Assembly: GCA_964199315.1 (NCBI GenBank)
Contig: OZ116700.1
Coordinates: 34,658,001-34,722,000 of the forward strand
Direction of reading: 5' to 3'
DNA from: Orbicella franksi
Lineage: Eukaryota
Length of the DNA: 64,000 nt
Position 1 is the stretch's first letter. Every line of letters starts with the position of its first letter. The position numbers were made by a program, and so were the translations under genes. Shown here one piece after another: positions 12,401-24,177 of this stretch. Under the pieces are notes generated by a model. That model did no database searches. It was not told where the DNA came from and saw nothing but the letters and a program-made list of their open reading frames with translations.

Positions 12401-14469
12401 GTGCAGGTTCGCCGGATGGAATTCGAAGGTCAAATCCGTCAACTACAGCAGATGCTACAGCAGCAGAAAGAAGCTGAAGAAGAACTTGTGGCGAGAATTG
12501 GCAAACTACAGGAGGAGAAACGTGAACTGCAAGATCGTCTGGCGAACTTCCAGCGAGGCTTGGCCAACGCCGAGCAAGAGAAGAGGGAACTGGAACGAGC
12601 GCATGTTCGTCTAGAAAAAGACAAGAAAGCTTTGAGGAACACCCTGGATAAGGTAAGAATAAAGCTTGCAGGTCTTGTGATCAAAATAAAAAGTTTCCGC
12701 ACTAGCTTGATACACCAATATTGGTCTTCTTCTTTTTTCTTTTTTTAAAGAAAACTTGCCCAGAATCTCTGAATAAACTATCACGGTTAAAAATGTTTAG
12801 TGATACCTTTTTTGTTTGCGTGACGTTCACAGATCGAGCGTGAGAAACTTGAGGCAGAAGAAGTGAGCACGAGATTGCGCGACGAGCGTGACAAGTTGGA
12901 CCGATCAAGCAGCTCATACGAACACGACAACCAAGAGTTACAGAGAACTATTCAAGCCCTACAACAACAAATTGCTGAAACCGAACATGCTCATGCACAA
13001 AAGTAAGTGTAGCGACTGTGTAAGTAGGTCATGGTAGAGAGAGGTTTGAAAAGTGGCATGGAAAGATGAAGACTCTTGGTTGTTTACTATTAACCTAAAA
13101 ATCCCGAAAATTTTGGTCAGAATGTAAATGGAAGACAATTTTGGCCCGACCGACCGGAAATTGTCCGAAATGAACGGAACGTTTTGAAATTTCCAATATC
13201 TATTTGCAATTATTCACAGCCATCTTTGGTTTATGATCAGGTCTAACTCGTCCTAAGCTCTCTTGTTAAATTTGAGGTTGTCAAGTAAATGGTTAATGGC
13301 CAAATCCGATCGGAACTTACTATCAGGGACTATTTGCTTACCATGTGCACAAACCGTTTACGAATCGACTTCTCCATGTAAATGGTAAACAACCCAGTGA
13401 CTTACTGCAAGGGAAGGAGCGAGTTCTTTTTTTTTTTTCTCGAGACCCTCAAGTTTCCTAGAGAAGGAGCAGGTTGATACAACGACACTGTCTCATCGAA
13501 GACATTCTGGACTTCTATCTAAACACTTATGCCAGAAAATGTACTCTGTGTTTGCGAACGCATTCCAGGACGTTGACTTATTCATCAGAAGTTATTTTCC
13601 ACCTGATTCCTGATGTTTTTGATTTGTTGTTTTGAAACACAGACTGGTTGAACTGACAAGCCGACATCGGCAAGAGGTGGAACTTGAAAGCGAGCGAGCT
13701 AACAAGTCTCAGAGCCAACTGGAGAAAACGCAAGTGGCAAGAGAACGAGCACACAAACAGAGAGTCAAGGGCCTGGAAGAACAAGTGAGTTGTTATTGCT
13801 ATATCCGAAGATTGATCATCAAAGACTTGACACTTGTCGAAAGCTAAGAAAATTCCAGCAGTCAGGGGACACAATGAGGTCTCTGAGAAGTTACTGAATA
13901 ATTCAAGACTTCAAATACATGCCGAAGACTTGTGTGTTTTACAGTCTGTAAACGGGCTTTATGAAGCTTCGTTTGGGATAATATTGAATACAATTACTTC
14001 ACTCTGAGACTGTTGTCCTCAAACAAGAGACTGATGTATTGACTCTCTTTGTGTTTTCTCTGTGCAGGTTGCTACCTTAAAAGACCAGCTCGCCAAGGAG
14101 TTACAAAAAAAGCAGTCCTACCTTACGCGCACTGCGCAGAAATCAGACGAAATCCGGGACCTTCGTGGTAAACTGGAAGACTCTCTTCACACCGTAGCAC
14201 GTGACACCGTATATGAACCCTCGGTCCTTGAACGCGAGTCACAAAAGCTTGAAGACTCCGTGGATGCGAGCTTCTCCACCTCGCCCATGCGCCGAACCAA
14301 GTCAGCCTCGCCTCCGGTACGATTCCCGAGCGACAAGATCGCGACCAGCACTCCGGCATATTCGGGAATGTCGCCTTCCCGCCGAGCAACTCCGATTGCA
14401 TCATCGGTATCTCGCCGAACAACCCCCGGAGTAAGCCCTCTGCGCAAGACAAGAAAGTCCACTACATGA
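469..14469 (+). CDS. CROCC: Rootletin (ciliary rootlet coiled-coil protein), 5'-partial, about 21 exons
   Basis: Frame-consistent GT-AG exons: 469-584, 1846-2097, 2394-2535, 2819-2904, 4146-4242, 4392-4751, 5217-5347, 5769-6411, 6726-7432, 7547-(gap at 7769), 8099-8160, 8550-9030, 9364-9863, 9985-10349, 10591-10881, 11475-11668, 11840-12064, 12407-12652, 12833-13002, 13643-13784, 14068-14469 (TGA). The protein is a long coiled coil with rootletin-like segments (DLENSLIRLEEEQQRSASLQHVNNMLREQL, AYFSNEH, EARRELQQLHNQVKMLD, EIDPETVRSALRDF, RHRQEVELE, RERAHKQRVKGLEEQV) and an S/P/R-rich tail. Confidence 0.95.
811..1063. repeat. Imperfect ~133-bp tandem direct duplication in a rootletin intron
   Basis: Two diverged copies beginning ATAGTT-A-ACCAGGAG-TAGTCTGG and ending TGTTAGCGTTTGTT-AGCGTTTGGTGC-TTCTGTA-CGTTTG, at about 811-930 and 944-1063. 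Confidence 0.75.
3842..4035 (+). mobile_element. tRNA-derived SINE family A, degenerate and internally deleted
   Basis: Shares head GGGAGGCAC..TGGCCTC.TGGTTAG and tail CATCCTGTCCAGGGGGAGTAGAAATA..GCTTCATGCTA..GGGCCACTTG with the copies at 27673 and 40583. Confidence 0.7.
5482..5682. mobile_element. Kolobok-like non-autonomous element (MITE), 201 bp
   Basis: Imperfect TIRs AGGAGCACAGTCACGGT / ACCGTGACGTCGCTTCT, flanked by TTAG (5478-5481) and TTAA (5683-5686). TTAA target with purine-purine termini is the Kolobok signature. Confidence 0.6.
6432..6698. repeat. Unclassified hairpin-forming interspersed repeat
   Basis: Inverted pair ATTAGGAAATAATTTCAC (~6463) / GTGAAATTATTTCCTAAT (~6547); the first arm is partly duplicated. 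Confidence 0.55.
7769..7936. other. Assembly gap (168 N)
   Basis: Run of N hiding the end and splice donor of a rootletin exon. Confidence 0.99.
11161..11310. mobile_element. 150-bp MITE with CAGTGGC..GATC termini
   Basis: TIRs CAGTGGCAGATC / GATCCGCCACTG; identical 5-mer GATCT on both flanks (11156-11160, 11311-11315). Confidence 0.75.
12093..12296 (+). mobile_element. SINE family A, 5'-truncated copy
   Basis: Contains TGTGTTCTTGGGCAAG, CGATGGACTAGCATCTCATC and CGCTTCATGCTACAGAAATCGGAG, shared with the other family A copies. Confidence 0.65.
13078..13395. mobile_element. MITE (possibly PIF/Harbinger-like)
   Basis: Imperfect TIRs GGTTGTTTACTATTAAC / GTAAATGGTAAACAACC. Confidence 0.6.
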
Positions 14470-15202
14470 ACAGTTTATTTTGAATTTCTTTTTTCCTTAA
14501 TCTGGGGCTTTTTAGGGATTCACAGTTTATTTCTTGAAGACATGTTCTTGTCGTGTTATAAGTGTGGCTGTTATTTAGGGCGGAACGTATAATAGCTCAT
14601 CACCTTTTTAGGAATCTTTGCGTGTCCAATGTGTTTTGAAAACGCTAGCATTCTTATTTGATTTTAAAGGGTCTGCATTTTACGGATTGTTTTGTTAATT
14701 TTAGACTTTGGAGCACCAGCTCAGGGTAAACCAAACTAAATCTCGGTTGTTTATTGATTCGGGTTTTTAGCCATTCTCTTAATTTCTGTTCTTTTATTCA
14801 ATCGGTTTTATCCATGTCAGCAGATGTTGATTAGAATAGGAACCAATTTTAATATTGACGCTAGGTAGATGAATTAGTAATATATTTGTATGCGACTTCC
14901 ATGCCGTGTATGGTCCCTGATTTTGAAACCTTTGCAAACTGAAGTCTATTCCCCATGTTCTGACACGTCACTTATGCATTGCGTGACCAGCCAAATAACG
15001 CCTCGGGAGTGAGACTCGATTGTAACAACTATTAAAAGAAAAATGATTTTTATGAAAAACCAAATAGAAGCTTTTAACTTTGTTTCGTTTGAAGATAGCT
15101 TTTTAAACGTGCTTATTTATTTCTAACCTTGCTTTCTCAAGGACTAGCACGTCTAACTTATTTGATGTAAGTACTAAGAGTGATTATTGATTGTGACGTG
15201 AC

Positions 15203-15222
15203 AATAAAATATTGAAAATAAA
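15203..15222 (+). terminator. Tandem AATAAA polyadenylation signals, probably of rootletin
   Basis: AATAAA at 15203-15208 and 15217-15222, about 740 nt after the stop codon. Confidence 0.55.
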
Positions 15223-15285
15223 CATTTCTGAGCTTGTGTGGCCATTTGAGATCAGCAGCAGCAAAAGATTTAGAAAACAATCATC

Positions 15286-15440
15286 AATAAGCCGTTTTCG
15301 ATATATTAAAATTCTAACTTGGCTCCGAGGAACAAAACAAACGACATCAAGGTCGAGGGATGAATAATAATGATCTTTTGTTTTATTCCCTCCAGCCTCG
15401 GACCCAAGTTAGAATTTTAATATATCGAAATTGGGCTATT
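15286..15440. mobile_element. ~155-bp MITE
   Basis: Long TIRs TTTCGATATATTAAAATTCTAACTTGGCTCCGAGG / CCTCGGACCCAAGTTAGAATTTTAATATATCGAAA. Confidence 0.8.
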
Positions 15441-15754
15441 ATCGCACCAAAACATACAAAGTAAAGAGCTATCTGGCACCATTAGGGAAGCAATAGTTTT
15501 GAGAGTCACCAGAAAGCCATTAGATTATTTTACGGTTGAGCTACATTTGCGAAGTCGGGACACACTGGGAACCCCTAATAACTTCAAAATTGAGATGTGT
15601 CAATAAATAGTACTTTTCCTTTCCTTGGTTCCGCCCTCCTACAGGTGTTTCCGGCTTGGTTGACGAGGTATCTAAGTTGAGAAGCGGGCCCAGGAGATAG
15701 GTCGTGAGTTTCAAAGTACCACTCTCTCCCCTTCCCGACCCGCCCAGATTACTG

Positions 15755-15934
15755 TAGTCTACGAATAGTCCCTCTTTCGCTTAGTCCGTCGTGCGTGACG
15801 CGGAAGAAAACTGCAAGAAAAAAAATGGCCGCGCGAAATCCTGGGCGCTCTTCGCCCCCAGGATTTCGCGCGGCCATGTTTTGTTTCGCGCCTCGTACGA
15901 TGGACTAAGCGAAAGAGGGACTACTCTTAGTCTA
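15755..15934. mobile_element. ~180-bp near-fully palindromic MITE
   Basis: Outer TIRs TAGTCCCTCTTTCGCTTAGTCC / GGACTAAGCGAAAGAGGGACTA plus an inner inverted repeat ATGGCCGCGCGAAATCCTGGG / CCCAGGATTTCGCGCGGCCAT. Confidence 0.85.
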
Positions 15935-16356
15935 AGATTACTGAAGCCTGTTAACTTCATCATACCCCGACTGACTGCTTCCCATTAGGAATAGATGACA
16001 GTCTTCGCAACAGGGATGAGACATTTCTATTGCTTTCAACATTGATTTATTTACAGCCCGAGAAATATTTACATCATACCAGGAGTTCCACCATACTTTA
16101 CGAAACGATCGTATCACGTCACATGACCAAGGTGTCTGTCATTTTGATCGGCTGATGAAGAATGATAATAAAATATTTAAATTTCGTTGCAATTGGAATA
16201 AAAGATTTCGTTATGCTAATGCCACTTTGCAAACGCTCACATTGATGATGATTGAAATTTAGTGTGAACGAACAGATACTTAGTTTATCACCTTACGGTT
16301 TTAAAGAGATGTTTGTTAGTCTTGTGATGGTCGAGATCTAATCAGATGCTTTTGTT

Positions 16357-19300
16357 CTACCGCGCACCAATAGAACACAGGCACAAATTGCCATCATTAT
16401 GGCTTCCAAGCATTGGAGAAAATAAATAATCCGGAGCAGGTTCAATCACCGGCCAGACACGCTCCGGCTTCAAGTTGCCTTGAGGATCCTATACAGATAA
16501 TAAACAGTACAAACAATCAGGTACAGCATGCATGAATCAGAGCACCAAAGTGAAACTTGTAAAGCTGGTGCAAAACTTTACAAATCGATCACGTTTCTTA
16601 GGAATCTGTGATTCTCAAACTGAACAGACATAATGACTCGAGACAAATAGAAAATTATTTTGGGTGGCTTTTACTATTTGAAGGCATTGCGGAAAAAAAT
16701 TAAATTCAAGATTGACTATTCATGGTAAAGGTATCGATTTATAACTTGACTTGACTTTATTAGTTTCTAAATAATCTTTTCGGGACTCTTAGCTATTTTT
16801 GAAACAACTTCAAGTCGATAAAAGTTCAGTGCTTCATAGAAAATAGTTATACTAATGAAAAATGACGATTACACAGATCTCACTAAAAATAAAAGAAGAA
16901 TCGAATAAAATCGAATTACTTTGAAGTAGCGTCCCGTTCTACAAAAGATTATCAGTACAAGAATCTAAATTTTGACCAAACCTGAATGAAATAAAAACAA
17001 AATACTTACATGGTAACTGGTTTTAATCCTTTTTTCTCGGCTTGCGGCTGTCACGTCATCGAGTTCTTTCTTTGTCATCACAACATCTTTAAGATCCAGT
17101 TTCCTCAGATTTGGGAGGTTTCTGAGATGCTGTACAAGAATGCTGACTCCTTGGCCAAGCGGGTTTCCAGCTAGATAGAGTTCCTCAAGGTTTGATACAT
17201 GCTTCAGTGAATGAGCCAGGAAAGTTGCCTCTTCTTCACCCATGTTTGTTCCGCCTAGCCCCAGTGCCCTCAGACGAGGAACACTGCTGAAGTGCTCAGC
17301 CAGCTTCGTGATCCCGTCACCAAGTAAGTTGTATGATAAACTGAGTCTTTGTAACTGTGGTAGATGTTTAGGTGAAGTACCAAGTGATATGCACTCTTGA
17401 TATCCCATACCGACTCTAAACAATGCCAAGTCAACCAGCCGTAGAGCATGGTGAAGGTTTTCAGCCAGATAACTCACACTGCCGTACAATGGGCTGTCTG
17501 ATAACTCCAGCTCATGCAAGTTATGGGCGTGATGAAGAGATGTGGCGATGATGGTAGCATCGTCAGCCGTCATGTTCAGCCTCTTGAGCTGCAACCTATA
17601 AAGATTGTCAGTTATGTTGATATGGGAGACCACATCCTTCACCACTTGAGCATCAAACAAACGAAAGTGTGCTTGGGTTACTTCAATGCTACGTGGAAAG
17701 GCCACAGCAGACAAAACTCCATTGAGAGCACATAACTCGTCGCTCGCTTTGTTACATTCCCATTCTATCGAAATGACCAGCGCTAAGCAATTCAGCCCGC
17801 AATCAGATCTACCCTCAGTGTCCTCAACAACATTCAAAGCGTTGTTTTTGTTGTCTCCACTGTTTGAATGGTCACCAGTGGACTGTTTCTTTTGAGACTC
17901 AGGTAGCGCCGTTGTGAGATCTCTTAATATTTCAAGGTATTCTGATGGAAACCTGTATTTCCATGAAATGTGAGTGAAATAAAAGTATATTGTTTCTCCT
18001 TGTTTCTTTAAAAAGAAATGTAACTTCGGGAATCCAGAGGCCACCCAATGATTTCGAAAAAAAGTTGACGCCTCAAGTCTAAGCCCAGAACATGTGATAA
18101 CAACAGCATGTAAGGCATCTAGTAAGGGTGCAATGTCAGCGAAAACAACTCCGACCTCAAAGAATACATAGCTCGGTAAAGCGGAAGAAATAAGTTGAGC
18201 TTCAGCTGCAAGGCTTCGGGCGGCAAGGGTGTTGTTCACTAATACAACACCGTCAACATTTGATAGAAACAGAGGGTACAAAACTTGTTTGGTCGAGGAC
18301 GAACAACTAAAAAAACATTGCAAACTAAGATATCGAAAGTTTCTTTGGTCACCCGATAGATCGTCCACAGAAGGCGTCTTAGTAAAACTGCACTTCGTAA
18401 GACCTTCTTTTTCTCCTAAGAACTTAAGAAGACTGAAAACTGCTCTGGCTCCTTGCTCTGACCATTCACACATGAACTTCAGAATCTCCTGAAGATGCAA
18501 AGCTTTCTGAAATGAATCGATCCTTGCAAAACAATCCACCTTTCCTTCCATCAATCCTGCCTTGTTCATTATAAACCATGCAGCTAAGAATTCCTGAATC
18601 GATTTGTGAAGAAAAAATAAGCTCTTGTTGGGATCTGCACTTGAAAGCTTTGAAAACTGAAAAAGGCCTGAGCGAATCATGTTGTCAGTGAATCTGCTAC
18701 TCTGAAGGATTGCATCTTTAAGATCAATGTAAAGCGCGTTTCTCAGGAGACCTTCCAGAGCTAGCTTCCCTATTTTGCTCAGGTCTTCTCTGTACTCATC
18801 AAGGATGTTATATGAAGGTCCATCGTTCACATTCTTCGGATTCTTTGTTGCCATGTGCGATAGTAAGGTCTCCACAAATCTTTCATGCAAAGTGAGTCGT
18901 GATTTTGGCAGAGCTTTCCTATGTCTGTCCATCCATATCAGGCACAGCATTAAAAGAAGCAGAGGTATCTCCGCTATTTCCCACAGATCTCTGCTGTCCA
19001 AGTAACCGTTAAATTCTTCAATTTCTCTTGGATTGGTGATAAACTTGCCAGCAAACTCGTTCACCTGCTCCTTGCTATCCAGTCCCTTGATCTCGCACTG
19101 TATGTGGCTGGACTTGATCAACTGTTCACTTTCCATTTGTCTGGTTGTAACGACAACATGGCAATCTCTCAGTTGATTACCTTCCCATATCTCACGAATT
19201 GGTGAGGATTTTAAAGTCCCGGGACTGTATTCGTCATAACCGTCCAAAACGAGCAACACTTTGTGTTGGTTCTGAAGAACGTATTCATACAGGCTAGCAA

Positions 19301-20727
19301 CGGAAATTGAACCGTCACAAGCAAGTACTTCAGAAGCCTTTAACATGGACGGAAAATTTTGAATTCCACAGACGTCTCTCAACTTGATCAAAAGCAAAAT
19401 GTCGAACCTTTTCAGGGTTTCGTTCTTTCCGCTCGCCCAGTCGACAGCAACTTTCTGCGAAAAGGTCGATTTGCCGATACCTGGTCTTCCGTACACAAGA
19501 ATTCTCTTAGGATTGGTGAAGCGCTTGTGGCCTGTGAATATTTCAGTGTAGTGTTCCAATCTCCTTTGTTTCTTACCAGTGGGTTTTCTTTCATCTTTTA
19601 ACCACGATAAATTGGTGTAAATTTCATCAATATCCACAGTGTCATCTGGGTCCCAAGGACTGATTTTTACTTGATTCACGGTGTTATAACGCATGCGTAA
19701 CTGAGATTGACACTCCTGAAGGTCCAATGGGTCTGCAACTAAACAAATGAAACCAGCATGGTGATTTTGCGTCTGATATTGGATGGTTTGAAATCCTTAT
19801 GGGAGCTTTAGCTACTGGAACTTAAGGCAATGTCAAATACCGGCTTGACAAACGCTTGAAAGTCAAATGATAAACAAAAAAATTGTTTGGCTTACTAGTA
19901 CTCATGCAACATGATATTAATTTAAATAACTTGCTTTTGCTTTTAATAATTTGGGTCGTGTTCGTGCACGTCAACCTGTACTTCCAAGGGTTCGGCCAAG
20001 CATTCATTTCTTTTACTTCTATCATTTACAGCTTACCTTTGACAGGTGTCCTTCCTTGTGGAGTAAGCATTGACACTTTTAGATCATTCAGCTTTTTATC
20101 CATGTCCTCTAACCTGTCTTGAATGTTCTCCTCTATCTTCTTCCACTGTTTCAGAAGCTCTTGGTAGTGTTTCTCGATGTCAGGATCCATGCAGTCATCT
20201 CTGAGAGAATCAATAGCGGTCCCATAACTCGCTCCTCCAAGTCTCACCAACGCCTGCCGGATGTCAGTCCAGTATTTGCTCAATGCTGCATCGTCAACTG
20301 AAGCCTGACTGGCGTGACCGTAAATTGTGTTTCTGTAGAACTTGACTCGAGCGATGTCAGCCTCAGGAGAGACATCAGTAGCAGCAGGAAGATCATCCCA
20401 GCCAGTTATGGGAGGAATCATACCACAGATATTCCTCAGCAGTATCATCAGTAAAGTGATGTCAAAGTCCCTTGATGAAACTGAAGATGCGATGGCCGGA
20501 TACAATTTGCTCCACTGTGTAGGGTTAAGAACTTTTTTCCTGTGTAACGACTGCAGTGTAGCGTGCACTGCAGGTCTTGCCAAAACTGCATAAAGGCTTG
20601 CTGGGGGGTGTATTCTATCAAAGGTTTCTCTTAGGACCTGTGAGCCCACATCTACCAGGAGCCGACACAGTCTGGCGTAGTTAGTTGTTTCTTTGGTGGA
20701 AGGAAATGCTGGTACTGCGGAAGCCAT
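16357..20727 (-). CDS. NLR-type immune receptor: DZIP3-like HEPN domain + NACHT NTPase + LRRs (~1180 aa)
   Basis: Exons 20727-20037, 19732-17010 and probable last exon 16488-16357 (DPQGNLKPERVWP...*), all frame-consistent. N-terminus NYARLCRLLVDVG...FDITLLMILLRNIC...ARVKFYRNTIYGH; Walker A GRPGIGKST; Walker B VLLVLDGYDE; FLHKSIQEFLAAW motif; ribonuclease-inhibitor-like LRRs (LQRLSLSYNLLG, LEELYLAGNPLG). The last exon is less certain. A minus-strand AATAAA lies at 16046-16051. Confidence 0.9.
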
Positions 20728-22050
20728 GGCCAGTTTCTACTGTTAACAATTACACGTAAATTTGTTACAAACATTCATGGTTGCCATAGATATTCAGTTT
20801 TCAAACTGCCCTGAATGTTTTCTGATAAAATACGATTTCCCTGACCAAATAACTAGATATAGTAGCGGCCTCCCCTTACAGCCAGTCTTTTCACCCATTT
20901 ATTTAGATCTCACAATGTTTCAACAAATTTGCCTTCTTCCTTGAGGAAAAACATCATTGAGGTCACAGTGGCCCGCAATGTTTCTAACCCTAACCCTTCA
21001 ATGGTATCAAATAAATTAATGGTGTTATAACTTCAAGTTTGCCTGACTTTACTTTAAAATGTCAATTTCCCCTGACTAAAAATACTAGTAAAATTGCCAG
21101 ACGTTTCCCTGACCTTGAAGAATATTTCCGTGCGGAAACTAATATTTCGATTCGATTTTGCATTTTTTCTCTTACTTCATACTACATCGCCAGTCTTGGT
21201 TCTTCGACGTTGACGCCATGTTGAAAATTCATAATATCTTTTTTTTTGGGGGGGGGGGGGGGAGGGGGAAGAGAAGTACTTTGTCGCCACTCATTAGCAA
21301 AATGGCGTACGCAAAATTAATTGCTGGCCGGCCTCGATCAAAACACACTTAACTTAATTCATAATTCGTTTTGCTGAAGTTTTGGGGCAAAGCATCTTTA
21401 TGGAAAGTTGCAAAAACATGATCTGGCTTAGGCAATTTTTGAATCAAAAGAAATCGAAATCTAATGTCAAAGATTCGTGAATCGAACGGGATGGTCACAA
21501 TCAGAACAATTGAAATTTCGAGGAATCGTTACAGTCCTACTCAGAAAGCAGCGACGGCTCAGGTTCGAAAGTAACTACGGTAGCGAGCTAAACGTAATTT
21601 GTCTAAGAAGATTTAGAAACAGTGGAAAAAACATACAGCAAGCGGTAACAATGTTTGTACAAAGCTAAGGTGACCTTTACACTCGCACTATATAAGAGTC
21701 TGCTTGGACGTAATATAAAACCAAGACTGATTCCTTCCTCAAAATTTTAGTCAAAACATTTGTGTCGGCGTAGATATAAAGTATGGAGAAGGTTTTAGCC
21801 GACACAAAGAAGCGAATTCCCGAAAGTTGCGACCTTCCCAGCGAAGGAAGCCATAGGAAAAGGCTGCTAACGCCGAATGCTGAAAAACAAGGAAATTTAC
21901 ATATCGGTTAACCGCAGTATTCGGCTGAACAGTATTATTGAAGAAAATTTTTGCGAGCACTTAAGCGAAATTTACGTCCTTTTATAAAATTTTGGCATGA
22001 TTTGTGCGTGTTTATCATGCTAAGCTATGCTTAAAACGTCCCCGACTTAC

Positions 22051-22130
22051 CTTGAAGAAGCTCTTAATGATATCATCAAGCTAAACACTACCAATACAAG
22101 TGAAGGCGGTGACCAGCGGTGACGTAAATA
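22051..22130 (-). promoter_or_regulatory. Putative non-coding first exon / TSS region of the NLR gene
   Basis: Strong minus-strand donor AAG|GTAAGT at 22051/22050; an acceptor TTAACAG| lies 12 nt upstream of the NLR ATG (exon start 20739). The exon's 5' boundary is a guess. Confidence 0.4.
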
Positions 22131-22407
22131 TCTCGCTTTCAATTCTTTTCCGGTTTCGAAAGTTTCTTAGAAATGGGTAGTGTTCTGAAATATAGTTTCA
22201 ACAGAACAAACACAAAATGTGATCTACTAGCCAGCGTGGCAAGCTTTTTTATTCGCACTCTGGCCGCGCGCAAGTTGGAGCGCGAGCAAAAAGATTGACG
22301 AAGCAGGGGGTGGTAGGCCGACATCACGGTGATGAGAAGAGACAAAGAAATCCTGGAACCTAAGAGCAGGCTCTTCACAGGCTCTTCCTTTCCCCGCGAA
22401 TAGCATG

Positions 22408-22442
22408 AAAAAAAAAAAGAAAGAAAGAAAGAAAGAAAGAAA
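22408..22442. repeat. poly-A/(GAAA)n microsatellite
   Basis: AAAAAAAAAAGAAAGAAAGAAAGAAAGAAAGAAA. Confidence 0.9.
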
Positions 22443-24177
22443 TCCGCGTTCGTAAGCGAATGATTTTTTGGTGTCATACAGTTACAAGGGGGTAATTATC
22501 TCGCTAAATGACAACCGCAATACGTTATGTACTGCTAGAGATTGTGTGACGAGTATAAACAGACATCCCATGATCCCATGCGGTTAGAAGGACAAACGTG
22601 ACGTTACCCTAACGGTTTGAATTTAATGTAAGGGTTTGTATGGAAACACAACAGTGTCGCTTAAAAGCTAAAAATTACGATGTCTTCTTTCATTTTAAAA
22701 AGTCAACTCACCTCGATACTTTGTTGTATAATTTTCCGGTTGTCTGCCAGCTTCCAAGCGATTCCGGACCGGCAAGTTTTTTCCCGTTCGTGTATATGTC
22801 TCCCCGTTCTCAGATGACTAGTACTACATCCAGCTTGGGATAGAACAACAATGAAGCAAGGCTGATTACTACGTAGAAAAATTTAACAAGATAACGGCCT
22901 GATAGAGTCCAAACTGAAAGCCAAGACAGCTGTTTCGACTGGTTGGGTCTCGACAGCACGGTGTACTGTAGCAGCAACAAATAGAACAACCAGCGCGAAG
23001 GTCAACTGTGTACTAAATGCACACTGTTTATGCCATTGTTTTCCTGATCGTGGTTCCCTGCGTTAGTCACAGAATGGCTTTCTGCATCTTTCCTACGCTC
23101 AGCGCTCACTAAAGACAAACGCTTGCGTGTTTTACTTTGGATCCAGAAGAGGTGTCAAAGTTCCTGTGTCATGTGACCAAGCGGATAGGGTGTTCCTCGT
23201 TCCCAGGGTCTCTCTACCGTGTGTTTCTTACGACTGTGTGTAGCTGGAGTTCCAAGCCTCAGTGGCCTGCTGTAGATACTACAGTTGGGTCCATGTGTTC
23301 AATCTTACAGAGCCTTCGATCCGGTGAAGTTCGGTGACAATCACACAAAATACTAGGGGAGAGTGGGGAGGAGGTGCCCAGTCGGAGGTAGTCGGGGAGC
23401 ATTGCGTGACATCCAAAACAAACGGCTGCAAAGGAGACTGGGTTGAGCCGGGAGGAGCTTTACAAACCATTGTTTATTTAATTTTATTTCATAATGATGG
23501 CAAGCATACCATCATTAGTGGTCAATTCATGCTAAGGAAACCAAATCTATGCTCGATATTCAGCTGTTTTGTGAGCCGCGTTCCTTACACTGAAAGTTGT
23601 AGAAGAAGGTTCAATCAACCCAAAAACATCCAAAAACATCGCCACATTTTTATGAAAGAAGAGAAAAAACTTCTTGAACCTTTGTCTTTTTATTTAGTAT
23701 TGCTCTTACCAGGTAGACCTATAAACGAGTAGAACCAAACTACAAAGAATACTTTATATATGTACACCTCATTGAGTATGTGGATTTTATACTAGGGTTT
23801 CATTCGGAAAGTAACAGTGTCTGAATATGCGATACGCCGCATACTCTGTAATTTACGATTTCTTTGGAATATGTTCATTGAATTCTCTCGCAGAATATCT
23901 ATTTACAGGCCGTGACACGACTTACGTTACCTTACTGCTTCAATTATAAAATTTTATTCTATAACACTCTGCACTGCCTTGAAGTCATGTTCTTGGTGAC
24001 GTTAGGGTCACGCACTCCTCTGTGTATTTAATGGTTAGACAAGTCGGTATTCGTGTCAAGGAAGGTGCTTACTTATAACTCGTAACGAGTTGTTACTTGT
24101 TTGACACTGACATTGTGTGACACTTATCGATATAGATTGTGTGACACGTATCGATAAAGACTGTGTCCGGACACTCG

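Noticed and set aside
5810-14462. Many minus-strand ORFs overlapping rootletin exons
   Set aside because: Antisense shadows of coiled-coil coding sequence; L/S/F-rich with no domain signal. The same applies to + strand ORFs over the NLR and mitofusin exons.
22840-23340. GC-balanced, coding-looking stretch between the NLR and WAP genes
   Set aside because: Stops in all frames, no recognisable motif, and a MITE remnant (CTCGTTCCCAGGGTCTC) inside; at most a decayed fragment.
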